A stretch of DNA of 56,971 nt from the NCBI GenBank assembly GCA_002269645.1, contig NIVC01000549.1, forward strand, positions 1 through 56,971. The letters are read 5' to 3'. A program made the translations under genes and the position numbers. Numbering within the stretch: the stretch's first letter is position 1; each line of letters starts with the position of its first letter. The notes under the pieces were generated by a model, which worked only from the letters and a program-made list of their open reading frames with translations, ran no database searches and was not told the origin of the DNA. This document shows, one piece after another, positions 22,701 through 35,200 of the stretch. Source of the DNA: Macrostomum lignano. Its lineage: Eukaryota.

Positions 22701-25700
22701 CCAGTATTGCCAATCTGTATGACCAGTATTGCCAATCTGTATGACCAGTATTACCAATCTGTATGACCAGTATTGCCAATCTGTATGACCAGTATTACTA
22801 ATCTGTATGACCAGTATTGCCAATCTGTATGACCAGTATTGCCAATCTGTATGACCAGTATTACTAATCTGTATGACCAGTATTGCCAATCTGTATGACC
22901 AGTATCACCAATCAATATGAACAGTATTGTCAATCTGTATGACTAGTATTACTAATCTGTATGACTTGTATTGCCAATCTGTATGACCAGTATTACTAAT
23001 CTGTATGACCAGTATTGCCAATCTGTATGACCAGTGTTACTAATCTGTATGACCAGTATTGCCAATCTGTATGACCAGTATTACTAATCTGTATGACCAG
23101 TATTGCCAATCTGTATGACCAGTATTACTAATCTGTATGACTTGTATTGCCAATCTGTATGACCAGTATTGCCAATCTGTATGACCAGTATTACTAATCT
23201 GTATGACCAGTATTGCCAATCTGTATGACCAGTATTACTAATCTGTATGACCAGTATTGTCAATCTGTATGACCAGTATTACTAATTTGTATGACTTGTA
23301 TTGCCAATCTGTATGACCAGTATTACTAATCTGTATGACTTGTATTGCCAATCTGTATGACTAGTATTACTAATCTGTATGACCAGTATTGCCAATCTGT
23401 ATGACCAGTATTGCCAATCTGTATGACCAGTATTGCCAATCTGTATGACCAGTATGACCATCTCAATTTTTCTCCGCCAGCTAAAAAATGTCGAGCGCGG
23501 CGCGCAAAGTCACGACACTTTGGCGCGCGACAGTCTGGCGCGCAGCGAAGCTGAGGCCAGCCGCCTGCGCGCCCAAGTTGGCGCCCTGCAAGCCGAAGCC
23601 GCCGAACTGCGCGACCAGGCGGCTAGCGCGCGGCTGGCGGCGCGCCAATCGCTCGACGAAAGTCGGGCAGCGCGCGCAGCAGCAGCCGCCGATAAAGAGC
23701 GCCGCGATCAACTGGAAGGTCAGGCAGCTCTGCTGCAGCAGGTTCAATCGCTTCAAGAGGGAACTCAGGTGAAAATCAGATTTTAAATACTATATACACA
23801 TAGATAATCTTTTATTACATAGTCAACATCCTACAAATAAACATCCTACAATTAAACATCCTACAATTAAACATCGTGTAAGTAAACATCCTACAATTAA
23901 ACATCCTACAATTAAACATCCTACAATCAAACATCCTGCAATTAAACATCCTGCAATTAAACATCCTGCAATTAAACATCCTGCAATTAAACATCCTGCA
24001 ATTAAACATCCTGCAATTAAACATCCTACAATTAAACATCCTACAATCAAACATCCTGCAATTAAACATCCTGCAATTAAACATCCTGCAATTAAACATC
24101 CTAAAATTAAACATCCTACAAGTAAACATCCTACAATTAAACATCCTACAATTAAACATCCTGCAATTAAACATCCTGCAATTAAACATCCTGCAATTAA
24201 ACATCCTAAAATTAAACATCCTACAAGTAAACATCCTACAATTAAACATTCTGCAAGTAAACATCCTACAATTAAACATTCTGCAAGTAAACATCTTACA
24301 ATTAAACATTCTGCAAGTAAACATCCTACAATTAAACATCCTGCAATTAAACATCCTGCAATTAAACATTCTGCAAGTAAACATCCTACAATTAAACATC
24401 CTACAATTAAACATTCTGCAAGTAAACATTCTACAATTAAACATCCTACCAGTAAACTTCCCAGAAGTAAACACAGAAGAAAAGTTCATAGACCCACAAA
24501 AGCCACAAAATTGCTGCCAGGCCAAGCCAATTGACAAATGACTCAATTGCAGGCCATGCTGGAGACTCAATCAGACGAGATCACCGGCCTGAGAACCGAA
24601 CTTCAACGCTGGCGCGACCGATGCAGCGAGTTGGAATCTCGCTGTCTAGCAGCCGAAGGCAACGACGACGCTGCTGCGCGACCTTCGGCCGCGACCTCGC
24701 CCGTGACAGACTATCCGTACAAAGTGGCCCAGCTGGAGGCTCAGGTGGCCAATTTGAAAAGCCGTCTGCGCAATGTTGGCACAACGCCAGTGCCGCAGGC
24801 CATGGTGGAACTGCAGAGCAAGGTGAACGCAGCCAATAAGCGGGCAGCCGCTGCCGAGGCCGAGTTGAAACTGCGGGACGCTGAAGCTGCCCGGCTGAGC
24901 GGCGAGTTGCGCAATAAATCCGCCAGGGTGACTGCGCTGAAGGCTTCACTGCGCCAGGCCAAAGCTGATGCTGAACAGCGGCTGGAGACTGAGCGACTGC
25001 TTGAAGAGAAGTGAGTCAGTCGATCGATCAGGTTTAGTTTACAGAGAACATCCTACTTAGGAGTAGTGAGAATAGAATATAAAGCGAATTTCTGCTCTGT
25101 CTACTTTGAGCTTTGTAGTAGTAACCACATGAAAGTTTAATGCTAGCTGATAATAGGTATGATTTCTTAAAAAGATGCTTGAGTACCTTGGCGGGTGTTG
25201 GAGATGTGGAGTGTTGGAGATGTGGAGTGTCGGAGATATGGAGTGTCGGAGATATGGAGTGTCGGAGATGTGGAGTGTCGGAGATGTGGAGTGTCGGAGA
25301 TATGGAGTGTCGGAGATATGGAGTGTCGGAGATGTGGAGTGTCGGAGATATGGAGTGTCGGAGATGTGGAGTGTCGGAGATATGGAGTGTCGGAGATATG
25401 GAGTGTCGGAGATATGGAGTGTCGGAGATATGGAGTGTCGGAGATATGGAGTGTCGGAGATGTGAAGTGTCGGAGATATGAAGTGTCGGAGATATGGAGT
25501 GTCGGAGATATGGAGTGTCGGAGATATGGAGTGTCGGAGATATGGAGTGTCGGAGATATGGAGTGTCGGAGATATGGAGTGTCGGAGATGTGGAGTGTCG
25601 GAGATATGGAGTGTCGGAGATGTGAAGTGTCGGAGATATGAAGTGTCGGAGATATGGAGTGTCGGAGATATGGAGTGTCGGAGATATGGAGTGTCGGAGA

Positions 25701-28700
25701 TATGGAGTGTCGGAGATGTGGAGTGTCGGAGATATGGAGTGTCGGAGATGTGAAGTGTCGGAGATATGAAGTGTCGGAGATATGTGAATCATCAGAGATA
25801 TGAAGTGTCGGAGATATGGAGTGTCGGAGATATGGAGTGTTGGAGATGTGGAGTGTTGGAGATGTGGAGTGTTGGAGATGTGGAGTGTCGGAGATGTGGA
25901 GTGTCGGAGATATGGAGTGTCGGAGATATGGAGTGTCGGAGATATGGAGTGTCGGAGATATGTGAATCATCAGAGATATGAAGTGTCGGAGATATGGAGT
26001 GTCGGAGATGTGTGTCGTAGAAGTGAAATATCGCCGATATTAAATGTCCGAAATATCACAGTAACCCTGACGGTATCCTTATGTTTGTGAACTCGCTGAG
26101 CTCCTCTCCTCTCAACAATTATATATAGCAGTTTTGTCCACTAATTAATATTGAACTCTTGATAAAAAGAGTAAAATAGAGTACTAGCGGAGCGGCGACG
26201 ACATCAAAAGCTAGATTTTTATCTTCAAATTGGAATCATCTGTATAGATGAACTATATAGCAGTTTAGATGAATTTAATTAAACTAGCGCCGGCAACATC
26301 AAAAGATTCTTATCTTTAATAAAAAAATCATCTAATAGATAAAATAGCATTTTGGTAGCGGCGGCAACTTCAAAGGAATCTTTTTATCAGCAATCATCTG
26401 TCTCAATTTTCAGTGCGCGCTTGCAGAACGAACTGGCCCTGGTGCAGGTGCAATTAGACGAGCACGCGGCCACAGGCCAGCAGTTGCGCAAATCGTTAGA
26501 CTTTGAGAGGCGTGCCAACGCAGAGCTTAGCCAGGCTCTTGAGTCCGCCAACTCAGCAGCTCAAGCTGCCGCTGCTCAACCTGATGAGGTGCGAGAGCTC
26601 ACTAATGAGCTGGATAGTGCCCGACGCAAGGTGTTGCAGCTGCGCGATCTGATTGGTCGGCAGACTCGCGAGCTGGAGGGTCACGCGCGCGCCAGGCGCG
26701 AAGCAGAAGAACGCGCAGAATCGGTGCGCGCAGAATTGGTGCGCAAGAGTCAGGTTAGCGGAACTTTTAAATATACAATAAAAACCCGATTTGTCTACTA
26801 TCAGTAGGCAAATCAGAAATGCATTAGCTAATACCGTTTTTTCTGTTGAAGTTTTTAAACTTTCTTTTATTTCTACTTTGAGTAGTGTAGTTTGAGCGCG
26901 ATCCGCAATTCAATTCTCGTTATTTTATAAAAAAAATTGAACTTCTCTCAGGTTCTAATCGAAATGAAACGTTACCTGCGTCATCTCGGCCGTCGAGTCA
27001 GCGGCCTCAGAACCGGCGCCGCGACCGCCGCTCGCCGAGCCAATCACAATCGACCAACAGCAACGGCGAATAGTCGATCGCAAATAAACGCCGAATCCGC
27101 TTCGATTATCGACGACGAGTACGACGAAGACGGCGAAGATTGCGGCTGGGAGGACGTGCCAACGGATGACTGCGGCGATGGAAGAACCGCCGCGCACAAA
27201 GATTTCGACGATGCCTCCGTCGACGGTCTCGAGGATGTCGACGAACGACAGCTGCGTCAGCCGGACAGCGGCCGCAGTCTTGGCAGAGCGATCGCCAACA
27301 GAGCCAAGAGCCAGGGCGATGCACATCGACCGATGTTCGTTGCCAGGCTGCAGGCTCGGACTGGCGCTCTTCAGCAGCAGCTGCTGCAGTGCCGTCGGGC
27401 ACGTCAGAAGGCGTCGGCGGAGCGAGATCGACTGGCTGGCGAGGTGGAACGGCTTCGAAGGGAATTGGCGCAGAGCCAGGCGCGGTGTCGGAGGCTGAAG
27501 GAGGCCTGCGATAGAGCTGTGAGATGCTGTTGTCTGTCTCACCCTGTCTCACTGTCTTTCTCACCCTGTCTCACTGTCTGTCTCACCCTGTCTCACCCCG
27601 ACTCACTGTCTGTCTCACTGTCTGTCTCACCCTGTCTCACTGTCTGTCTCACCCTGTCACGCTGTCTGTCTCACCATGTCTCACCCTGTCTCGCTGTCTT
27701 TCTCACCCTGTCTCACTGTCTGTCTCACCCTGTCTCACCCCGACTCACTGTCTGTCTCACTGTCTGTCTCACCCTGTCTCACTGTCTGTCTCACCCTGTC
27801 TCACTGTCTGTCTCACCCTGTCTCACTGTCTGTCTCACCCTGTCTCATTGTCTGTCTCACCCTGTCTCACTGTCTGTCTCACCCTGTCTCGCTGTCTGTC
27901 TCACCCTGTCTCGCTGTCTTTCTCACCCTGTCTCACTGTCTGTCTCACCCTGTCTCGCTGTCTTTCTCACCCTGTCTCACTGTCTGTCTCACCCTGTCTC
28001 GCTGTCTGTCTCACCCTGTCTCGCTGTCTTTCTCACCCTGTCTCACTGTCTGTCTCACCCTGTCTCGCTGTCTGTCTCACCCTGTCTCACCCTGTCTCGC
28101 TGTCTTTCTCACCCCGACTCACTGTCTGTCTCACCCTGACTCACTGTCTATCTCACCCTGTCTCACCCTGTCTCACTGTGTCTATTTCGCCGTCTCACTG
28201 CGCTTATCTCACCCCATCTCAGTGTGTCTATCTCACCCTGTCTCAGTGTGTCTATCTCACCCTGTCTCAGTGTGTCTATCTCACACTGTCTCATAAATCT
28301 CACCTTCTTTTTTACCATGACTCTCACCTATCTCACCATAAATCTCACCCGAATACTCACCATGAAGGTCACTCTCAGTCAGTACTTTACAACGCTTTAC
28401 AATGCTTTTTACTACCATATAAAAACAGCAACAATCGGCCAAGGACCCGGGCTACCATTCCGAAGGACCAACAGCCGAGGACTACTTGACCAAATCGGAC
28501 GAATCGACATCCGCGGCAGCGGCGGCCACAGCTGAGCTCTCCGACTCCTTAGCGCGCTGTCGTCAGGCTAAATCGCGCGCTGAACGAGAACTGCGCGTCG
28601 CTAAGGACACTATAGACGAGCTCAGGCGTCGGGTTAGAGAGGCCGAGGCGGCTGCTGCTAGCGAGCGGACAGCGGCGGAGAAGGCCAAGACTAAAGCGGG

Positions 28701-30685
28701 CACGCTGAAGGAGACCGTGAGGTGAGTCATCGGATCTTCTAAGCGTGCATTTTTTCTGACAATTGCCTTGTGCGCAATTCATGCGATTTTTTAAAATAAC
28801 GGATTAACTGCTTTATCGTGTGCCCTCCCATTTTTCCGCCAACTTATTTTTCCGCCCTTCGATTTCCGCCCTCGATTTCCGCCCCCTATTACCGCCCCTC
28901 CATTTCCGCCCCTCCATTTCCGCCCCCTATTTCCACCCCAACTGATTTTTCCGCCCCCCGATTTTCGCCTCAACAGACTTTTCCAATCCCAGCTCTGGAA
29001 TCCGCCCTCATTTCCGCCCCCTCAAACCCGCAGGCGCATCCAGTCCCAGCTGGATTCCGCCCGCTCGGCCGCCACCTCAGCTGGCGAGCAGCGCCGCAGG
29101 TTCGAGCAGCTGTGGCAGGAGAGCCGGGCCGAGCTGGACCAGGCCCGCAGCCGGGCCCGCTCGTCGGCTGTCGATTCCGAACGTCGACGTCGACAAATCG
29201 ACGAGGCGTCGAATCGAGCCCAGGCCTCCGAGGCGGCGGCTCGCGAGGAGCTGTTGCGCTGTGAGAATCGGCTGAGCCTGGCAGAACGGTTGCTAGGCCA
29301 GATTGCCAGACTAGTCGAAGCCAAGTCTGAATCAACCAGGCTGCTGGTGTCGACGCATTGCGACAGAGTGGAGGCTCTGCCGCCGCCGTTGCCACCGCAG
29401 CAGCAGCAGCCTGTCGGTCCCACAGAGTCGGAGGTGCACCAGCTTCGAGCTAGGCAACGAGCTGCCAGCATCCTGAACCTCAGCGATGGAGAGCTGGATT
29501 CGCTTCTGATGGCTTCGGGATCTCCGCAGCAGCAGCAGCAGCAGCCGACAAAGACTAAACTGGCAGAGCTGAGAACCGCAATGGGTAGCCGCGAGACCGA
29601 CAAGCAATGGGCCAATCAGTGCATGCGGTTGGCGCAGGCTGTCAAGGTTTGTGTCTTTTTGAGGAGATCACTAACTGGAAATGCATTTTGCTTCAACTCG
29701 AAATTAGATATTCAATACTCGATATTCGACATTCGATACTCGATATTCGACATTTGACATTCGGTATTCGACATTTGATATTCGACATGCGATATTTGGC
29801 ATTCGATATTCAACCCTGGAAGCTTCATATAAACAGGGGATTTTTATAAACTCTGAAACTTCAGGGGATACTTACGAACTCTGAAACTTCAGGGGATACT
29901 TACGAACTCTGAAACTTCAGGGGATACTTACGAACTCTGAAACTTCAGGGGATACTTACAAACTCTGAAACTTCAGGGGATACTTACGAACTCTGAAACT
30001 TCAGGGGATACTTACGAACTCTGAAACTTCAGGGAATACTTACAAACTCTGAAACTTCAGGGGATACTTACGAACTCTGAAACTTCAGGGGATACTTACG
30101 AACTCTGAAACTTCAGGGGATACTTACGAACTCTGAAACGTCAGGGGATACTTACGAACTCTGAAACTTCAGGGGATACTTACGAACTCTGAAACTTCAG
30201 GGGATACTTACAAACTCTGAAACTTCAGGGGATACTTACAAACTCTGAAACTTCAGGGGATACTTACGAACTCTGAAACTTCAGGGGATACTTACAAACT
30301 CTGAAACTTCAGGGGATACTTACAAACTCTGAAACTTCAGGGGATACTTACGAACTCTGAAACTTCAGGGGATACTTACAAACTCTGAAACTTCAGGGGA
30401 TACTTACAAACTCTGAAACTTCAGGGGATACTTACGAACTCTGAAACGTCAAGTAAACTTGCGTGCGGATATGCGTGCAGATTGACGGGAGCAAAATGCT
30501 TAGCAAAACTCACATGTAATTATGTCTATGGCCGAAACCTCATTGAGCCTCTTCACGTTGACTCATTCCAGGCGTACAACAGCTCACCGAATACCTCATC
30601 GCCAGCTGAGCTGGATCAGCTGCTGGACAAATTCACTGAAAAATTGGACGATTTTGTGAACACGGTCAGACTGCTAGCAAACTGA
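19707..30685 (+). CDS. CNTLN: Centlein-like centrosomal coiled-coil protein, about 1021 aa. Exons 19707-19885, 19976-20104, 21802-21886, 23481-23768, 24553-25010, 26414-26753, 26952-27518, 28429-28721, 29034-29646, 30572-30685
   Basis: N-terminal LRADKEFVWSLWKKLQATTPDVGQAVSLVAQRERERAEAKDQKVLQILQAKDARLAELE matches the centlein N-terminal signature. All nine introns are GT-AG and phase-consistent; total 3066 nt; the rest is coiled-coil-like. Confidence 0.85.
20203..21612. repeat. 24-bp minisatellite GTCTTGGTGCCTTGGTGTCTTCAT, split in two (20203-20552 and 21400-21612) by an inserted LTR
   Basis: The same unit lies on both sides of the 847-bp insertion. Confidence 0.95.
20553..21399 (-). mobile_element. 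Solo LTR of an LTR retrotransposon (847 bp)
   Basis: Termini TGTA...TACA, a 4-bp target-site duplication GTGT on both sides, and non-repetitive sequence interrupting an array. A minus-strand TATAAATA at 20903-20896 suggests the orientation. Confidence 0.8.
21955..23458. repeat. 22-bp minisatellite CTGTATGACCAGTATTGCCAAT, about 68 copies, centlein intron 3
   Basis: Direct tandem units running to about 20 bp from the acceptor. Confidence 0.97.
23822..24450. repeat. 15-bp minisatellite AATTAAACATCCTGC/AC, about 42 copies, centlein intron 4
   Basis: Direct tandem units; MFNCR periodic ORF. Confidence 0.97.
25195..26010. repeat. 16-bp minisatellite TGGAGTGTCGGAGATA, about 50 copies, centlein intron 5
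   Basis: Direct tandem units. Confidence 0.97.
27530..28330. repeat. Composite 10+12-bp minisatellite (TCTCACCCTG / TCTCACTGTCTG), centlein intron 7
   Basis: Alternating subunits that decay toward the acceptor. Confidence 0.95.
28825..29025. repeat. Short degenerate ATTTCCGCCC repeats, centlein intron 8
   Basis: Roughly a dozen TT(T/C)CGCCC-type units in a 312-bp intron. Confidence 0.8.
29700..30450. repeat. 7-bp ATTCGA(C/T) run (29700-29812) followed by a 28-bp minisatellite AACTCTGAAACTTCAGGGGATACTTACG, about 21 copies, centlein intron 9
   Basis: Direct tandem units. Confidence 0.95.
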
Positions 30686-30844
30686 CCTGCGAGCTAGTTA
30701 GTACATTATTTTTCCTTTAGAAATCTCAGCTCTCTATCTGCTCAAGTAATTCTCTAATGTTACTTATTTAAAATCGCTGAGCGAGTTAACTGCTTTGTTA
30801 ATTACTTAGTCTGTTCACTAAAGTTGCCAGCCTTCCAGATCGTC

Positions 30845-31165
30845 AGTTCTCCCAGAGTGTTAGTTGCTGGGCCAGCTAGCCACCCAGGTCCCCAGTTGCT
30901 GGACCAGCCTCCTAGAGTGTCAGTTGCTGGGCCAGCCTCCCAGAGTGTTGCAGTTGCTGGGCCAGCCTCCCAGAGTGTCAGTTGCTGGGCCAGCCTCCCA
31001 GAGTGTCAGTTGCTGGGCCAGCCTCCCAGAGTGTCAGTTGCTGGGCCAGCCTCCCAGAGTGTCAGTTGCTGGGCCAGCCTCCCAGAGTGTCAGTTGCTGG
31101 GCCAGCCTCTCAGAGTGTCAGCCGATGAGCAAGCCTCCCAGAGTGTCAGTTGCTGGGCCAACAGC
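30845..31165 (+). repeat. 28-bp minisatellite family A, variant AGTTGCTGGGCCAGCCTCCCAGAGTGTC (locus 2), just downstream of the centlein stop
   Basis: Same core as the WIP intron array; the GAGTGTC variant also occurs once there (about 16681). Confidence 0.95.
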
Positions 31166-32218
31166 CAAGAGCCCCATGAACATTTTACAAGTTGCTATTA
31201 GTACTCGTAACGCACTAGATGATGTATTAATTTCTACTGCACTTAGCGTCAAACCATTCCATGCGTATTTCCCAGTATAAAAATCAGAGCTTAATTGTAT
31301 TGCTTCATAATTTCTCATGTTCTCCGTTTTTCGTTTATAGTTTCTTAATTAAAGGTAACATAGGTTACATATATTAATAATACTTTATGTAAAAAGTGCT
31401 GTAGTTTTTTGGCTCAAATATATGTAATAGAAACATTTTTAATCATTCCGAAAAAAATTGGGAAAATTCAAATATGTTTAGTTGCCTTTTTTAACACGCG
31501 GAAATGAAGGCGGCTGCATCGGATGGAGGGCGGAAATGAGGGAGGCTCCATCGGATGGGGGGGCGGAAATGAGGGTGGATGCATCGGATGTGGTGGAAAT
31601 TAGTTGGACATGCAATATTGTAAATGTGAATGTTTCATTTTACAAATACGAAGGCGGAAAACGCTAATTATACTACTGAAGAAAGACTAGATACTAGATT
31701 TTTGCATATTTAGTCATTCATGTAATTAACGCTGATATCTGTATTTTTAACACTGACCATTCAAAAGCCCATTAAGCTTGCCTTTTGGACATCGAACACA
31801 GTAAGTATATACATGTAAATTCAAGAAAGAATCCAAAATCCAAGTAGATCCAGTTTTAATAAAAATGTAAGCAGATAGAAAAAAAGAGCAGTTTATTAAG
31901 TAACTTATAATAAATTGTGTAATATACCGAGCTTATTCAGTACTCGATTGGATAAACAGCGCAAGAAAAGTAGGCAAACACAAAATAGATAAAAATCGGA
32001 ATAAATAGTTTTTTAAAACAAAATCTCATCAATAAATTATACATGGCTATCATTATCAATAAAAACCATGGATTCATTAAGGTACACATGGCAATTAAAT
32101 ATATACTACAATGCATACAAATCTGTTCTGGAATCGGCAAAAGCCATGGAAAAAAATTGTTGACGCAAAATCCAGCGTGTTTTCCAGCGGGATTTACAAA
32201 TAACAAAAAAAAAGTTAA

Positions 32219-35200
32219 TTACAGCTGCTCCGACACCTGATGCAGCTGCTCGCCCAGTGAGGCCAATTCAGAGCGGAACTCCAAACCCTGAAAGCAAAAG
32301 TTTATATCGATTTTTTATTTAATTTTAATCGACCCAATCATAATGGATTGCTAATCTATCTCTCCAATTAGAATGGATTGCTAATCTATCTCTCCAATTA
32401 GAATGGATTGCTAATCTATCTCTTCAATTAGAATGGAGTGCTAATCTATCTCTTCAATTAGAATGGATTGCTAATCTATCTCTTCAATTAGAATGGATTG
32501 CTAATCTATCTCTCCAATTAGAATGGATTGCTAATCTATCTCTCCAATTAGAATGGATTGCTAATCTATCTCTCCAATTAGAATGGATTGCTAATCTATC
32601 TCTCCAATTAGAATGGATTGCTAATCTATCTCTATCTCACAATCTTAATGGATTGCTAATGCATATCTCCAGTCAAATGGATTGCTAATCTATCTCTCCA
32701 ATTAAAATGGATTGCAAATCTATCTCTTCAATTAGAATGGATTGCTAATCTATCTCTATCTCACAATCTTAATGGATTGCTAATGCATATCTCCAGTCAA
32801 ATGGATTGCTAATCTATCTCTCCAATTAGAATGGATTGCTAATCTATCTCCTCAATCAGAATGGATTGCTAATCTATCTCCCCAATCCTAATGGATTGCT
32901 AATCTATCTCTCCAATTAGAATGGATTGCTAATCTATCTCTCCAATCATAATGGATTGCTAATCTATCTCCCCAATCAGAATGGATTGCTAATCTATCTC
33001 CCCAATCCTAATGGATTGCTAATCTATCTCTCCAATTAGAATGGATTGCTAATCTATCTCCCCAATCCTAATGGATTGCTAATCTATCTCTCCAATCATA
33101 ATGGATTGCTAATCTATCTCCCCAATCAGAATGGATTGCTAATCTATCTCCCCAATCCTAATGGATTGCTAATCTATCTCTCTACTCCAGCCAGCACTCA
33201 CGCTGTGATGGCCATCGGGCACTCCCTCCAGCCCGCCATTCAGCAGGCCATACAGGCAGCAGGCGATGGCCCCCGTAGAGTCATTGTCTCCGCCGTGCAG
33301 CACGGCAGCTTCGCACAGTCGCAGCCATTGTTCACCGCTGCCCTCGTCGCCACCACCGCTACTCCCAGCGCCGCAGGCGAACAGCAGAGCATCGTAGGCG
33401 ATCATCGGGGCGTCGTGACCGGAGGCGCCGCCCCAGCCGCTGTAGGACAAAGACTTGTAGAAGGCGTCTCTCTCGGCCGGGCCGTAGGGCTGCTTGAACT
33501 GCGCCGGCCCCCGGCCGTCAAGAAGGCCGCGTTGGCGAAGGTAGTTGGCCCAGGCGGTGGAGAAGTAGGGCCAGTGGCGCTTGTTCTCAGCGAGGTCGCG
33601 GCCTGCAGGGAGAACGAAGGGGCTTTGTACAGCAACTGAGGATCTGGGAGGCTGGCCCAGCAACTGAGGATCTGGGAGGCTGGCCCAGTAACTGAGGATC
33701 TGGGAGGCTGGCCCAGCAACTGGGGATCTGGGAGGCTGGCCCAGCAACTGGGGATCTAGGAGGCTGGCCCAGCAACTGAGGATCTGGGAGGCTGGCCCAG
33801 CAACTGGGGATCTGGGAGGCTGGCCCAGCAACTGAGGATCTGGGAGGCTGGCCCAGCAGCTGAGGATCTGGGAGGCTGGCCTAGCAACTGAGGATCTGGG
33901 AGGCTGGCCCAGTAACTGGGGATCTGGGAGGCTGGCCCAGCAACTGGGGATCTGGGAGGCTGGCCGAGCAACAGAGGATCTGGGAGGCTGGCCCAGCTAC
34001 TGAGGATCTGGGAGGCTGGCCCAGCAGCTGAGGATCTGGGAGGCTGGCCCAGCAACTGAGGATCTGGGAGGCTGGCCCAGCAACTGAGGATCTGGGAGGC
34101 TGGCCCAGCAACTGAGGATCTGGGAGGCTGGCCCAGCAAGTGAGGATATGGGAGGCTGGCCTAGCAACTGGGGATCTGGGAGGCTGGCCCAGCAACTGAG
34201 GATCTGGGAGGCTGGCCCAGCAACTGAGGATCTGGGAGGCTGGCCCAGCAACTGAGGATCTGATAGGCCGGCAGCAGCCACAGACTCACCAGTCTCCTCC
34301 ACGTACTTCCACGCGGCCGGCAGTGCGGTTTGCAGCAGTTCAGCTCCCCATTTCTCCAACGGCTGGCCTTGCAAAGCGAGCGAGGCGAAGTAGGCAGAAG
34401 CCAGGCTGCCCAGGTAGCCAGTGGGGTGGTTGTGGGTCATCCTGCCAGCCTCCACAGCGGTGGACACCAGCCGCTTGAGCTGGTGCGGCTGCCAGAACAC
34501 CATGCCGATGCACATGGACCGCATGGCACCACCGCAGCCGCCGCCTCTTCAAGATTTTTAATCAATCGTTTTTATTAGCTTTAGATAAACTATAAATTTT
34601 AAATCAGGCAACGATATTTAAAATATTAAATCAATTACCGATCGTTAAATTCGATTTTGTAACCGCCAGTGTCTATGAGATCGTTGCAGCTGAATGAGGT
34701 GCAGTCACCTGCGCGTGTTAAAATATAATTATGCAGCTAGATAATCAGTTCGTGAGCGATCATTCTTAGAAACGGGTGAAAAGTTTTCTAAGAAATGGAT
34801 TGAGTCGGATTGTAAAAAACGAATTGATTGAATAAGATTCTTAGAAACGGAGTGAATTCTTACAATCCGGTGAAAAAGGATTCTTAAAAGTGTGAATAGA
34901 ATTCTTAGAAATGGGTGAAATAGGATTCTTAAAAGTGTGAATAGAATTCTTAGAAATGGGTGAAATAGGATTCTTAGAAATGGGTGAAATAGGATTCTTA
35001 GAAATGGGTGAAAAAGGATTCTTAGAAATGGGTGAAACAGGATTCTTAGAAATGGTTGAAACAGGATTCTTGGAAATGGTGAAATAGGATTCATAGAAAT
35101 GGATGAAATAGTATTCTTAGAAATGGGTGAAATAGTATTCTTAGAAATGGGTGAAATAGGATTCTTAGAAATGGGTGAAATAGGATTCATAGAAATGGGT

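Noticed and set aside
20003-28489. Many repeat-peptide ORFs (MKTPRHQD, YWSYRLAIL, MFNCR, ISPTLHISD, CLSHPVSL)
   Set aside because: Their periodicity equals the underlying array units and they lie in centlein introns bounded by phase-consistent splice sites.
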